Source: Atractiella rhizophila (taxonomy: Eukaryota). From it: a stretch of 51,345 bases of DNA. Where the stretch lies: positions 11,516 to 62,860 of the forward strand of contig MU271452.1 of the NCBI GenBank assembly GCA_021432655.1, written 5' to 3'. Positions 1 to 14,759 of this stretch are shown in pieces; the stretch's first letter is position 1, and each line of letters opens with the position of its first letter. Below the pieces are notes generated by a model. The model searched no databases. It saw only the letters and a program-made list of their open reading frames with translations, and had not been told where the DNA came from. Both the position numbers and the translations under genes were made by a program.

Positions 1-73
1 AACATAACATAAACTGTACCTTGACATATTAGGATCTAGGATAAGAGTAGGATGTTAAGCGATAATGGGCTTT

Positions 74-3000
74 TCAATATGAACCAGAAGAAATGGGCTT
101 CACCCTTCCCCGTCCCGCACCACCTCTTCGACCTCTTCCTCGACCCCTTCCAGTGCCGCGCTGTGCAGCCTGGACTCGTTTGCTCTCTTCTTCAAACCAT
201 TTCTCAAAACTCTCTTGCTCTTCTCTTCTCCTTCTCTCCTCGTCTTCTTCAGCTTGAATATCTTTCAAGCTTCGAGTATTTTTCACCTTCTGCTTAATTG
301 CATCGCCTTCGACTTGTTGCTGAGCTTGTATACCAGCAAAGGAGGAAATGGATGGAGACGTCGCCTCCAGAAAAAAGTCATTAACGCTAGAGTTGGTAGA
401 AGTATAGTTGTTCCACGGCGTGCTTTGATCTGCTCGATTGTTGGGTCGGGAAGAAGTGGAGCTGACTGACCTTAGGGGAGAGATAACAGGAGCACCAACA
501 GCCGATGCGGGATTGCTTCCTCGTCTGTCTAACTGGGCAGGCGGAGCGGAAGATCTATTGAAAGAAGCATGAGAAACCTTCGATTGCATAGGACTGCTAG
601 CTTTGCCCTGCTCTGCTTGGATGTCCACGAGGGAAACCTTCGGGGAGGCAGTTTGTGCGCGCCAGTTAAGACTCGATGTCGCTTTTCCTGGTGATCTTAA
701 AGGGCGTGGAGGGGTAAGTACCTGACTGGAAACTGCAGGTACCGCAGTCGGAGGGGTGGATGAAGGTTGAGGGTATGGAGACTGATGACCTAGGGTGCGT
801 TGCGTATTGGCGGAGGTTTCCACCATGATGTCCCGTAAACTGGCAGGTCTAGATAAATCATCAGCTAATAACGAACGAGCAAGGGAGGACTACGCGCCGA
901 TTCTGTTGAGAAGCTAATCTCCAAACCTGTCCTGTCGTTGTAACGGTTGGTGGAGTGGAGAAATTCCCCTGCATTGGAAGGTCTGCGGATACCAACAATT
1001 GCGCTGACGAGCCTGTTGGCGTTACAGGCAATTGGGCGGGTAACGCGTCTGATGGAGTGCCAACCGACATCACAGCAGATGGCAGTGTTGGGACCTCCTC
1101 GTCCATGTCCATGAGAAACTGTTCTTCACCTTCGTGAATTGCAGGTATGGGGCTGCGGTCGGGCGATGAATACGGATTGAAGGGTGGAGAGGGTGTCCCA
1201 ATGGGTAAGGATTCGAATACAGAAGGTGAGATGTATGATGAACTGCCGTATTGTGGAATAGAAAGACCATCTTCGCGAGCAGCAGCATCCACACAAGTTT
1301 GAGGCAGTTTCCTGCTTCTAGACACCGGGCTGAAGTCGAATTGGAGCTGGCGTGCATGTACAGCGAGATCGTTCATTAAAAAATCGTCTGCATCGTCCAG
1401 TAATCGCATCTCCATTGCCGTTTCGAGGTTCCGGCAAAGGAATGACATGATGACCTGTTTTAGTGAATGCAAGTGATAGAAATCTGCATCCGCGAGGATG
1501 GAGATGCAATTGTTAAGACTGATGATAGGACGCAGGACCGCACCGCAGATTGATTTCAAGCGGTCTAGTAAAAATTCGTTTGCGACCGAAAGCATTTCGG
1601 TCATGAAATCAATAAACTGATTCGTTTTCTCTCTCTCTGCGCCGGATTATGAATATATGACATGACAATGAATGGGCACCGACCTATATCATCGAAGATC
1701 TGCTCCCCTTCTCCAACATAGATGTGACGCAATATCAAGTTCGCTAGTTCCATCGAAACGTGACCGACGTCGATCAAAATTTTGTCCTTCCGTCCTTCTC
1801 TTCTAGCCTTTGTCCAAACCCCGTCCCCCAGCAGAAGTGCGAAGAAGCCACAGCGGGCTTTCATAACCTCTTCATGAACATCGATGTCACCATCTTTAAG
1901 CTTGAGCACACAGTCGGCTGGAGCAATAGTCCGGTCTCGGAACAAGCAATTAAAGTTCGAGGAAATTGTTCTTTGGATTGTTCGCAGATATGGAGCAGAT
2001 GCAGCGAACTCGAGTTGCGGAAGTTGCAAAAGCTTTGATATTTTCTGAAGCTCCAGACGGATGATGTTATAGTCGACAACGGTGGCTGAATTGCGAGCCT
2101 GAAGTTGTTTGAGGATCCCGTAATCCCAAATTGCGACGACTTGGTCTGTGTAAAGATAGTAGATGAGAAGGAGGATGGAAAGACTTGAAGCATCGGAGAG
2201 TATTAGCCGCATTCGATGGTCCAGTGCGATGTCCAATGCGATGCCCGCAACGGACTTTTTGCTTTGGATCGCATCCCGAAGGACCGAGCACCTAGCCATG
2301 ACCACCGTGCTAGCAATCCTCCATCCTTTCAGATCACGCCCCATCAGCACCAAATCGTAATTTCCCATTTCCCCTTCCCACTCTTCAGCCATGAGAACCA
2401 ACTGTTTCCCGACATGATAAGACCGCTTCAAGTCCTCAGCGTAATGGCCCGTGTCCTCCTCACCATTATCATCATCAACTTCAAGCTCGGCATCCCCTTC
2501 TCCTACTCCTCGCTCTTGCTCCTTTTTCGCCTTCACCCACTCCAGCCCCTCCCACAACTCCTCTCCCCAATCAGCATTCTCGACCTCAATCCCATCTAGC
2601 CTTCCAAGTCTCCGAATCGCTGACCAGGCACCGGTACTATTTCCTCCAACTTGAACAATCCTCTGCAAGCCATGCACTCGATTCCATTTCCACCCATTCC
2701 CTCGATCCTTCATCATAAATACCTGCCCAGAGGCGGTGCACATGAGGAGTTGACCATCAAGTCCAACAGCGACGTCATAGGCGGCGGAGAAGCGAGAGCG
2801 GAGAGCCCACACGCGCTTTGGCAAGACACTCGAAGGTGGGAGAGGGACTGCTCCTTGAACAGGCGGTTCTAAGGAAAAGCGAAAAACTTCTCCGTCGGTA
2901 GAGAGACACGCAAAAGTTGTCCCACAACTAGAAATCTTCCTCATTTTAGGCACGCTCGTCCGCTGAGGAGGAAAGTAGTGCTGAGCTGTCGAGCTTGTAA

Positions 3001-4306
3001 CACGGTGAGGGAAATTGACGCGAACTTGCTGACCAGCGTGAAAGACGTAGATGACACCGCTGTCAAGCAGTACAGCAGTGGCATACTCGGTCACCTTGAC
3101 ATCCTGGATAGTCTCTGTGACGCCAGCCAGCTTCCGTGGGAGAATTTGAGGTCCTGTTGTACCGTATCCGAGCTGGCCTTTATTCGATCCCCAGCTCCAA
3201 CACTCATCCTTCGTCCACGCAACTGTATGAGCATTCCCGGCGGCGACCCCAACGACCTCTTCTTTTCTTAATACCCCAACTACCTTCCGCGGTTCCACTT
3301 GAATATCTCCTTCACCTTCAAGCTTATACCCAAGCTGCGATTGCTTGTTGCTCCCAAATGTGTAAACTGCGCCAGTTGAAGTGAGGAGAACGGTGTGATC
3401 CACTGCCACTGAAACAGCTACCACTCGATGTGCAAAGGAGAGTGGAGAGAAATGAAGGACAGGTTGTGTGAAGGTGGATAAGCGACCTTGAGAGGGAGTC
3501 GTGTAGCCACAGATGTAGGTATTGAAGCTCTGTTGATTAGTGATCAAGACTAGACATTTCGTCAACTCAGTTCGTAAATGAGGGACCAACAAACCTGTAT
3601 GCATCCGCGCCATTGCCACCTGCACAATTGAAACAGGTTGAAACTTCTTCCTTCCACTTCTCTTCCCTTCCTCTCTTCCAGGCATCAGTGTCACCGCTTC
3701 CGGCACGACGCGGTCCTTGTCTCCTCCCAGGCCAAGAACATAATTCCTGTTCGCCCCCCACATGAACAAATCCCTCCTCCCCTCCTCCTTCTCATCCTCT
3801 GCATCGTCCACTGGTATCGTCCCTCGGATAGTGTGGTTCCACAAGTCGTAAGCAGTCAACCCTTCCCGATCCTTCACACCAGCGTCTGCACCCCAATAGT
3901 CCAACAACTTGACGATTCTCAAATTGCCGCTGTAAAGAGCGCGGTGCAAAGCAGTCCAGCCGCTCTCAAGATCTTGAGCATCAAGTAGAAGCCTGAGCTC
4001 AGACCGTTTGACTAACTGCTCGTCGCCCAACAACTGCAGGAACTCCAGTGCCAACTCTTCGTCACTCCACACTGCGAGGACATGGAGGACGGTGCGACCA
4101 ACTGCGTCCCGAGCTCCCAGAGGCGAAACGCTCGTCTTCGCCGCCGACGCTATAGGTGGAGATCTAGGAAGTGAGCTAGCTAGGGAGGATGTCGATTTCT
4201 TTGAAGCCACGGAATGCGAAATGGTTCGTAGATGCTTCTTGAAGGCTTGGAGATCGGGTTGGATGAGGACATGGTGAATAGAATAGACGGGTTTAGGCTT
4301 ATTCAT
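74..4306 (-). CDS. Ankyrin-RCC1-BTB protein (IBTK / S. pombe Btb1-like), spliced
   Basis: Ankyrin repeats (DAVGRTVLHVLA, ESGWTALHRALYSGNL), RCC1 repeats (FMWGANRNYVLG, YTFGSNKQSQLG, WSWGSNKGQLG), BTB-like segments (ADCVLKLKDGDIDVHEEVMKARCGFF; ANEFLLDRLKSIC) and an RGG-rich C-terminus. ORFs 1601-4306, 861-1604 and 74-826 join in frame through short introns. Confidence 0.9.
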
Positions 4307-5135
4307 ATACTAGGTGAGGACTAGAGAGTTCTCCTTCTTCTTGACTGAAGAGAAGAGAGAACGTATCAAGTCCCGGATGTGCTCGAACTGAGATAGTCAA
4401 GCGTGTGAGGATTTAGTTCGGACGCAAAGATTCCGACTCTCTACTGACCTAAGCACTGACCCTAAGCTTCGGCAAAGAATACACACAAACGTGCTCACCA
4501 ATTTTGTACTGCTCTGGCTCAGGTTAGAACGTGCTGTGGTACGTAAGCTGAATGTAGCACTTTTTGTGAGAAAGCTCTTTGCTGTCCAAACTAGACTTCG
4601 GTATAGAGACCTGTTTGTTGGCCAAAGGCTACAATAAAAGGGGTCTCAGGATGGAACTCGAGTCGATGTGTTGACTCGTTGTGGCTGGTCTTTTCCCGGC
4701 CCTTCCATCCATCGAAATGTGCAAGATCACGTGCAGCAGACTACTATCGAACAGTCAGTCCATGTATGATTTGTGGTGCTTTCCTGACAAGATAGTCCTC
4801 AGATGTCCTTCGCCACGTCCCTTCCCAACTCCTCCAAGAGTCGAGAAAGGCGTAGAGATATATGTTGTTCCTCATGAGGCCTCATTATCAATGTTCATCG
4901 GTCAAATTACTGAAGGACAACTCGACATTGCTGCAGGGACACTGGAGTACTGAGACTAAAATACAAATACAAGACAAATCACAGATGTGTGTTGCGAACG
5001 AGAAACTGCGAGTCCAGACTAATATGGAAAATGACGAAAGAAGACAGTTAATGACTGCAATAAAAGCGAACTAAATGACCAACAAATCTGAGATGCGAAT
5101 AGGCAATAGGATAGAGAACGATGGGGTGGTATAAT

Positions 5136-8100
5136 CTATTCTAGAAGACCCAGGGAAACGAGTTTGAGGAAGGGACCTTCGGTCCGCGATAATTGTTCGT
5201 ACGATCCAACTTGGACCAACTGTCCCTTATCCATCACAAGAAGGAAGTCGCACATCTGCATCATTGACAGTTTGTGCGTGATAACCAATGTCGTTCTTCC
5301 CTGTTTGATGGCCATGATAGTGTCCATCACCAGTCCTTGGTTGGCAGAATCGAGAGCAGATGTGCATTCGTCGAGGAGGAGGATCTCTCGTGGTCTTAAT
5401 AGGGCCCTTGCTATGGCGATCCTTTGAGCCTGCCCTCCGGAGATAAGGGAAGCATTCTCTCCGAGGTTGGTGTGATACCCTTTCGGGAGAGTCTTGATAA
5501 ATTCGCTGACATGTGCGCCAATCGCAGCTCGATTGATATCGTAAATGAGAGACTCAGGAGAACCGTAGGCAATATTTTCGGCAACTGTTCCATCGAAAAG
5601 AGCTGGCTGCTGGCTGACGACACCGATGTGATCACGCAGGAAGTGAGCGTCGATTTGGGCTAATGGCCTGCGGTCTACGAAAATCTCGCCCCGTTTCGGT
5701 TGATATAAACGCTGTAAGAGGGCTGCAAGTGTCGATTTTCCAGAGCCAGAGCCCCTGGGAAACATCCATTAGTCTGAAGGAAGGGAGGGTTAGTGGTGAA
5801 CTTACCCAACAATTCCTACGCATTGACCTGGGTGAATGGTAAAGGACACATCCTTCAGTACAGATACAGTGGGACGGGACGGGTAGGCGAAAGTAACATT
5901 CTTGAAATCAACCCTTCCTTCCAAGGCAAAAGATGATGGACGAGCATCAGGATTTGGACATGGTGTCTTCAAACGAAGGAATTGAGCTAAATCCATCGCT
6001 GCAGTAGACGATCGCGAAAAGGTAGGGACTAGGTGGCGCATTCAGCTGCCGTCAGGAAAGTTAGGCTCCACTCACTATAAGTAAGCATTTGAGCAGAGAA
6101 TGTGAGCGAAAACATGAAGAGGGAGTAAACCTCGACCATTTTTGCGAAGTCGTACTCGCCCGATCGAATCAGTATTGCCCCGATAATGAATAGAATGCCT
6201 ATACCAATGTTTAAAGGATGACTTCAACAATTGGAAAAACGCACCTTCGCCGAAAAATCCAATGGCACCACCAATCGGATTCGCCAAACCACAGAGGAAG
6301 GCTCGTTTCGCCGCAACGTTATACGCTGAATCAAGGGATTCATCGAAATTCTTGGTAAATGCGTTTTCGAGACCCATAGAACGAATAGGCCGAATATTAG
6401 ACACCAGTTCTAAGAACTGAGTTCCTAGATCTTCCCTACTTCGTTTCTTCAAGACCTCTCGTCGTGACGAAAGCCGAGCCTGCCATTGAACGACACCGTA
6501 GAATATCGGAGCGAGGGCAACACCGCAAAGAGAAAGCTTCCAACCGAGGATGATTGCCCAGCCGACACCGACGATGATAATCGCGAGAACAATGAGAAAT
6601 TGCACGCAAATTTGGCCGATGAGCATCCGGGCATCTTCACCATCTTTGACGAGGCGTTGAACAAGGATGGCAACTTTGTTGCCCTCTCTGTCGAACCAAG
6701 CTTTCTCTTGGTGGACCATGAGCGCGTAAGCCCGTTTTCTCAGTGAGACAATCCAGCGCATCGAAGTCCTTTCTAGTAAGGTGTACTTCAAACCTTCCGT
6801 GACGCCAGCGAGGACAGCAATGAGGAGTGTTAACAGAGACAAACGTAGGACTTGTTGGCTGTCACCAGGGTCTGCCAGATTCCCAAGTAACTTTCCAACA
6901 AAGCTAGAAAATACCGGAATGAGTGCCCCCGACGCAATGGCGACGAAGGTTCCGGTCCAAAGAAGTCCCTTATTTGGAATCGTCTCATATAGCATGCGAA
7001 GTGCCCCGAAAAATCCGTACTTGATCTCTTCTTCACCCTTCTCCTCGTCATGAAGAGGCTTCGCCGAGCCGAGACTACTAATGCGTCGAAGCCAATTGCT
7101 GTTGCGTCGATCCGATGGCGCGCCGGAGTCCAATGCATTCCATTCTTCATTCGAGAACTGCTGAAAGATCGACCACAAGTTCATGCTACCACGTTTATCC
7201 AGCACGGTTGAAGCAGTAGGTGGATGTAGCGTGGTTGGATGATCCGGACGAATATCTTCTTCATATAGCTCTTCGATCGAAAGGCTGTCCACTGAAGTTG
7301 AACCTGAAGGCAACGCCTGGGACACAACTAAATGGTGGAAAGGGGAATCTATAGCACTTTCGAGGTGTTGACGAAATCCTTGTTGAACCACGGTACCGTT
7401 TTCCATGACATAGACAAAATCACTCTTCGCAATGGGAGAGAGGTCGTGGGTAATGATAATCGTCGTCTTATTCTTTCTCCACCTTCGGATAGAATCGTTC
7501 ACCATCTTTCGAGAACTAATATCGAGGGCACTGGTAGCCTCATCTGTGAAAAAAAAGTGAGATCTTTTACTGAAAAGTAAGCTAGGACGAACCGAGGATA
7601 AGAACCTTGGGATCTCTTATCCACGCCCTAGCAAGCGCAATCCTCTGCTTCTGACCACCAGAAAGTGAAGCTCCTTTCTCTCCGCTGAGCAAAGTATCGT
7701 ATCCCTGCGGCAGTTCCTTGACGAAATCGTGCACCAACGTGCCCAAGGCGGCCTCCATCACCTCTTCACGAGTCACAGTCGAAGGATCCCGCCCTCCGCC
7801 AGCAACGCCAACGGCGATGTTGTCGTGCACTGTTCCGTTGTATACGACTCCGGAGAATTGAGAAACCAAGCAAACATTCGCTCGCAACCAGCGCTCATCG
7901 ATCCATCCAATGGATTGCTCGTCCATCTGGATATCACCTTCCTCTGGCTTGTAAAGTCCGATGAGCAAGGCAGCAACCGTGGACTTGCCAGAGCCCGAGC
8001 CTCCAACAACAAAGGTAGCTTCTTGTGCAGCGAAGTAGAGGGTTGCATTTCGAAGGGACGGTGGAGCAGGATGTGGGCGAGATGGATAATGAAAGGTAAC

Positions 8101-9584
8101 GTTCTTGAGATTCATCTCCCCAGAGAAGGAAATTGGTGCCATTCTCTTCAAAGGAAGAGGCTGAAGCCGAGTAGGGAAAGCTTGAACACTGAGCGAAGGA
8201 GCTCTCTTGAGTTGGAAATCGAGCGATTCCTGATATGTAAACTGAGACTCCAGAGTAGTCGTTCGACTCCGTTCCGTCTTGACTTGATACAGCACGTCAT
8301 GATCCTTTTCTTTGTCCCCTTTTTCGATTCGCAGAGGGTAGATGAGGTCCATAAGACCAGCAGCGGCAATTTTCCCTCGTTCCCAAGCCAAAAGGTGAAA
8401 AGCAATCTGCTGAATACTACCGCTCAGCAGAAGACATGCCCAAAAAACCTGATATGCTTCTCCAGGGCCTAGTTTCCCCTTTTTTACTTGGTCGATTCCG
8501 AACCAAAACCCCTGAACAAACATTGTAAGGAGTATGATCTGGGTAATTGCAATTCGGAGACCCCAGAATAACGTGTTGAATTCGTAATTTTTCCGGCTGA
8601 GTTCTAAGAGCTTCTCGACGGCTGAGATTTCGAATGTTTGAGCATTGAAAGCTTTGACTGTGCTGATGTTAGAAAGAGCGCGTTCGATGCGGCCGGAGAC
8701 TCGAATGGTGATGTCACGATCAATGACCATTCGGGGAGTGGCGGCCCGTTCTGCGACGGCGAAGACGATGAAAACGAGGGGAACAGAAGCGAGAACGACC
8801 AAAGAAAGTAGTGGTCCTTTGATGAAGGCGACAAGCAGACAGGAGAAAAACGTGGAGAGATGAGAGAGAAGCAGAGGCAGCGTATTGCTCGTAGCGACCC
8901 TCAGGTCATCCGTTTCCCTTTTTTTCAGATACTCATAAACCCTCTGTAATCGAAAGCATTGTCAAAGACTCACTTGGTAAAGCGACCCATGAGTCCAGCA
9001 GCTCCAATGCCTTCCTCTCCATCCTTTGATTCTCCTCCCATTCCCATGTCGAACCATGCCATTTCTCTCGAAGCTACCGTATTCCAGAAAAGTCCCCTGT
9101 TTTTCCTCGCTCCAGCTTCCCCTATCAGATTCCAGAGCCAAAAACTGAGCCCTCCGAGGCAGATGTTGGCTATTCCGATAGCAATGAGCTGCGCCGCTGG
9201 GATTGCGACCGATTTGAGGAAATGCGACTTGTCGTCAGATGTAGGGTTTTCAATGGCATTGTAGTCGCTGAAAGCGTTGAAAGACCATCCAAGTAGAAAC
9301 GTTTGATAGGTAGGTAAACCGCCGTGCAACAATGAGATCAGAAGGACAAAAAATGCATTCCGAGTGCTTGGCAAAAAATGTAGAAAATGCTTGATAGACG
9401 GAGTATGTTTCGGCTGCATAGATTGTGGTGGTTCCTGATACTCTGGAGGGTCACTGGAAGGGACAGAAAGAGATGGAGGAAAAGAGTCAATGACAGGGAT
9501 TCCAGATGAGAGCGCTTCCTCAGATTTTGACGAGAAAGCGTATCCAAAAGACGTCGTTTTTTCGGTGGCATTAGTGGTCGACAT
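5136..9584 (-). CDS. Full-length ABCB/MDR transporter, STE6-like (TMD-NBD-TMD-NBD), spliced
   Basis: Two Walker A motifs (GGSGSGKST, GSGSGKST), signatures LSGGQKQR and ISGGQAQR, Walker B/D-loop (LLLDECTSALD) and two hydrophobic TMD blocks. The STE6 subfamily call is inferred from overall resemblance. Confidence 0.9.
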
Positions 9585-10360
9585 CTTTTGGCATCTCCTG
9601 CTCTACGCGCTGGATGGTCTGGAGGTGATGGTGGTGGTTGGAGTGATGGCCCTCCTTGTTGACTGTCCCTCAAGGGAGAAGAGTGCAAACAAAAGAATCA
9701 GCAACAAAAGGCACGTCTCCGATCAAATCAAGATCGGGCGAGAAGCCGGAGTAACCTTAACTTAAAAGGCCATCAACAAACAGCAGCTGAGTTGCAGAAC
9801 TCAGTTCCGATGTAAACACAATTCAAACCACACAGAGTTTGAGTTTCCCAGCCTCCACGCGATTCCAAAGGAAAATCCGGGAAGACGAAACAAAACAAAC
9901 TTCCAGAACCTCGACTCTGTTTGCTGAGGCTTGAGAAGGTCAATCTTGCCAGGATTTTCATGCTCCCATGACGTGGAGGTCGCAGCAGGTCAAGGGATGG
10001 AGAAAGGGGAACCACCAATTTCCTTTCTCGATAGGGGCTTTAATTTGAGCTTGGACAAACGAACTGATATCGCCTCTCTGTCAGCTAGATGGACGATTCA
10101 TCACTGCCAGCATGGCGCGTCAAAGTGACGCGTTGGCATTAGTTTGGTTATCTTTGTATCTGATGCCTTCCAGCGCTCATCAATGCAGAACAGTGTGGGG
10201 ACTCAGAGAGTCGCTCATCTCCATAACCAGAGCTCGAGACTTGTCTATCAAAAGATGATCTCACCCTCACCAGCTTCGTCTATTAGTTCAGACAGGATGC
10301 AAATTCCTTTAAAAATCTCTACCTCGTCAAATGTAGAGCTCACCTTCTCTCCACATCCCT

Positions 10361-11380
10361 TTACATCAGTGCGGGATTCCCATCTCCACCCTCCCCCAAA
10401 TCAAATCGCTGCACCCCGAAAAATCCAGCATAAAGCACAATTCCAAGGACCGCGTGCGCTCCAAGAATTAGGACCAAAAGAGGTTTCGATTTGGCACCAT
10501 TTTCGGCTGTGGCGAGGATGGGGTATAGGTTACGTGCAAGGAAGAATCCTGAGATTGCGGCAGAGAGGAGGGTGACGGATAGTCGGACCCAAGGGAAGGG
10601 AGGGATGCAGAGGAGGGAGGTAAAGATCCAAATTGTGGTGGAGTAGCCGTAGATGCAAATTAAAGAGACAGGTGAGATCTCCATGATGGATGCCCAGTAA
10701 CGCATTGCAGCCCACAGTACGACTGGAACTCCCAGTGCATACGTATACCTTTTCATATCGTTAGCTCTCAGCATTTCTACATTGTTACGGCGAAAAGGGA
10801 CAGACAAAGTGGCAATTCCCAAGGAGAGACCCCCAAAGTCGTAAGTCCACCCCTCCACACCTGAGTTATACGCCTGTACACTAGTGGAGAGTGATACGGT
10901 GACGAAAAGGACGAAAGCAACGGTGGTAGGCACCCAAAATGGGCCGTAAAGGTCGGGTCGCTCCTCGAGGACTTCGGAGAGGTAATTTGAGTGGTAAGGT
11001 GGTAAGAAAGTCGCTGTACAGCGCGCAAGTACGGATTGAGTGTCCACGTCAAAGTCTACGACCGTATGCCATCATTGAGACACCCCCACCAGAATGTTAG
11101 AGGAGAATGGGAGACTTACATCCCGTGTACGATTCAAGGTCCAACATTCCTTTCCCTCCGACCTGGGCAGCCATCTCCCTGTCGGGCTCGAATAAACCAG
11201 TTCCTCCCGTCCCAGGCTGAGGAGAGAGCCGATCGGAGGGAATGGAATGGGTGTTAAAGTCTGCATTGCCAGTAAGGAAACGTTCTGAGCTCTGAAAACT
11301 GAAAACGTGCCTTGGAATGCTAAATCATTAGAAGGATCGTCAATGTCGAAGACGACGGGTGCATAACTGCCCTTGCTCAT
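10361..11380 (-). CDS. Yip1-domain membrane protein (YIP5/YIPF1-2-like), spliced
   Basis: PDLYGPFWVPTT motif, ICIYGYSTTIWI and several TM helices. ATG at 11380. Confidence 0.88.
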
Positions 11381-12990
11381 CTCAGACTCTGCTCTCAAAT
11401 GGTTAAAGGCTTGCTTGCTCAAGTTGTGACACGAAACCTAAAGTTGGCGTTGTAGCCTGACCAGCGGCACCGAAACTCCGACCTCCTTGATGCATTGAAT
11501 CCGGGAAGCAATGGGCTCCAGAGAAGGAGCAGATGAAGAAAGAGGACGGAGAACGAAATGGTGCTGAATGATCAAGGGTTGAGGGAAGCGAAAGACCTCC
11601 TGCTCATCAGCGCAAACTTCAAACTCCATGAAAGGAGGCATCGAAGCGAGCTTCAGGCTCATTATCATATCACACGTCTACCAATGGGAGGCCTTATTCC
11701 AGCAGCAAATTCAACTAAGCTTTGGATATGATGATCCTACTGTAGACGGGGAGGACTTTGACGTGGGTGGGAATGGCAAGAGAGCTATGGGAAGGACTGT
11801 ATGAGTTCGTGGTTAGTGTAACAAGGGTGACTGCTGATGCCATTTCAATGAAAAAGTAGCAACTTGTATCCGAGGGGTGAGGGCAGTAAAGCTTTGAAAG
11901 GGTCAAAGTATCTTGACCAGTCTGCAGTTCACGTCCAATAACCATACTGAGTCTATCGATCTCTTCAATATGAGGTCAATTTACGGCTAATGCTTCAGTT
12001 CCCATGTGCACTCCGTGTTTCCTCTTTGCTTACTTCAGAAAATAGCATTGCATAGCAAATTGGCGAGCTAAATTGAAAACAAGAAAAAGCCTATTTTCCC
12101 CCAAACAGGTACAGTGATCTTTGTATAGCATTGATTTATAACACGGCTGAGTAGGGCAATGCATTGTAGGTGCATCATTTGAAGGAATTCAGTGAATCTG
12201 TCTGCAAGACGGAGTACGAACTAATCACCGGCGTCAACATTAGTGGACTACTGCCTATCGTGGATGACGCAACGGCTTTCTAGCAGGCGCGGCTCTGCTT
12301 GTGACATGTCACCAGTTTGGTCTGCGCGTTTGAACGATGATAACATAGAGGAAAACAAACCGACAAGTCTGAAAAAGAAGGAACACACTCTCATTACGGA
12401 TAGATGTGCCCTCACAACCTGGAAGGCAAATGGATGGAAGGATCCAAGCACAGAGGCAAAATGTTGACGAAAATTGACCTGATTGAAAGCAGCTGCGCCA
12501 GGCTCTCCACAATGATCGAAACTCTCCAGTTGCCTCAGACAGCAAGGAATTCTTCTGTTCTCTTTGGGCAAATCAGTCATAAGGAGAGACAGTATGAGTT
12601 TTCATCAATATATGGTGTTATGGAGCACGATTGGATGCTCCAAGCTAGATGAAAGTCTATCCAAACTAGACGAGCACAATCAAGCTCTCATGTCAAAGTC
12701 GTGACTCCCTATTAGTGAATGGTGCATATCAGAAAAACGGTCATCCAGGGCAATTCACGAGGGTGATTGGAGGAATTCCATTCAGAGAACGCTCAGCACA
12801 CACAGACTTGAGGAGACGATCTATCAATCTCCTACGTAGATACCCGTTCTAGTTAAATAGTGCGCAAGAGGGACCTTGACATTTGGGTGAGAACTAACGA
12901 GCAAAAGCTCTGCAAATTTCGATTCTCCGCAGACGAGGACGATAAGCATGACAACATAGAAAGTGGCAAAGCGAGTTTGCTTTGTAATGA

Positions 12991-13754
12991 TTACTTTCCA
13001 ACCTCCAGGCCCATGATTGTATCTTGATTCTAACCCATCGGATCAACATGTCGCGTCAATATTGCTTCGTGAGAGTGGCAGAAAGGGGACATACCAATGA
13101 TTTTACCTCCTTTTCCAGCTCAGCATACGCTTCCAAAAATTCTGTTACCTCCTCCTTCTTCTCCTCCGCCTTCTTTCCTCCTTTCTTGCAGCACATCACG
13201 ACACTAGTCGGTCGCTTGGTGGAGCTCGCACTCCCCAACAGCTCCTTTGATGGAACAAAGATATAAGGAACCTGGCTATCTTCGCACAAGACGGGAAGGT
13301 GAGACAGAATGTCCAATGGTGAGATGTCAGCCGCGAGGACGACGAGGCCAGTTTCGGATTTGCGAAGCGATTTGACAACTTCTTTCACTCCTCGTTTGAG
13401 GTGATGCGATTTGGCAGCTTCCCATCATCATTCAGTATTAATACCATCACATCCTTTCATCACAGAGACCAACAAAGACCCACCCTTTTTCACCGTCCTT
13501 AACACTTTCTTACACATCTTTTTCTGTGCTAACGGTCTAGCAATTGGACACAGCGATTCCACGTCGACCTCCTTCTCCTCCCCATCCGCATCCTTCACTT
13601 TCTCTTTCTTTCTCTTCTTTTTTGCCGGCTCATCAGCATCATTTGTCACTAGAGTGTCCTCCACCGCTTCTTTTGACTTTGAGGGAGAATCCACTTCCAT
13701 GGCACTGGAGGGACGCTTTTTTGATTTTTTGGAGGAGGATTTTTCTTCGCCCAT
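12991..13754 (-). CDS. NHP2: H/ACA snoRNP protein Nhp2 (L7Ae family), spliced
   Basis: PIARPLAQKK, RGVKEVVKSLRK, LVVLAADISPLDILSHLPVLCED and LGSASSTKRPTS. The last exon ends in TAA at 12991-12993. Confidence 0.93.
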
Positions 13755-14759
13755 TTTGGATATTGTGAGGGAATAGAGCTTAGAGCACTGAGGAGGAGAG
13801 AAAGAGCAGGAAAGAGGACGGAAAAGTTTAAAATTTGGCAGGAAGTAACAAATCCGTCCGCCCTTGCACCAACGAGGAAACGTCTAGTTTCGAGGTATTA
13901 TGAGAGGAACATCAGAAGGTGTACCGCGAATTGAGAATACAATTATATAAATGGAGGGTGAGAGCACTGTAACAGAGGCTCAGAACCTGATGGAGGGAAC
14001 GAAAACGAGAACTGGGACTTTGGTACGTCGTTCAAGCGTAAATGGAAAGGTATGATGTTTTTCAGCCTGAGGGTTGTTTGCAGTGTGCATAACTGGCACA
14101 AAGCGTATAAAATGACTAGCAGCCTGTTTAGCTTCACACATTCCCACATTTCACTGCTGCTGATTTGCCTTCTGAAGGGAGAGGACGCTTTCTCTTAGTG
14201 ACATGAATGTATGTTCTGGTGCGCTCCGTACCACATACTTATACAACCCTTGGCTCTTCATCGAAACGAGCTCTTTTTCTTGCAGTTTGTGCTGGTCGGT
14301 TTCATTTCTTATTCATGGTATTGACGGAGAGTTTAGCCTGGTTGATTTCAACCCAAACACTCTAGAGGAAGCAGAGCCATCAGACCTTGTGCATCGTCAA
14401 TTGGACATGCTATCGTTGGCGCTATTGAAGCAGATTCAGTTAGTGTGGACTGTTGAGCCTAGCTCTCCATATTTGATGCGTGTTGCAGCAACTGACATTG
14501 CTGTGGGTTCTGAGTTGCAACAGAGACGCTCATGAAACAAAGAAAGACAACACTTGCTAAGATTTCATATCAACGGCATTATAGACAGTTAAACTTCCAC
14601 AGGGGGATTCTTCAGCATGACTTGTCCCTCTGTGTCAAACATCCGAGTCACGCCTTTGTTCTATCACGTCCCTTAGCAAGTTCTATGATTTTTTGGAGTC
14701 TCATAACGAATTCAGTCGTTCAAACCATCTTCATAAATCTTTACAGCTCAGCATTTGAC

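Noticed and set aside
4443..4468. Short direct repeat actgacctaagc / actgaccctaagc upstream of the IBTK-like gene
   Set aside because: Only two imperfect copies; could be slippage, and no function can be supported.
5136..9584. Mating-type locus suggested by the STE6-like transporter
   Set aside because: I found no pheromone receptor, convincing CAAX pheromone precursor or homeodomain gene in the window.
11438..12900. Short ORFs between the Yip1 gene and NHP2
   Set aside because: No recognisable motifs, consistent exon chain or terminal repeats. Decayed sequence is possible but cannot be supported.
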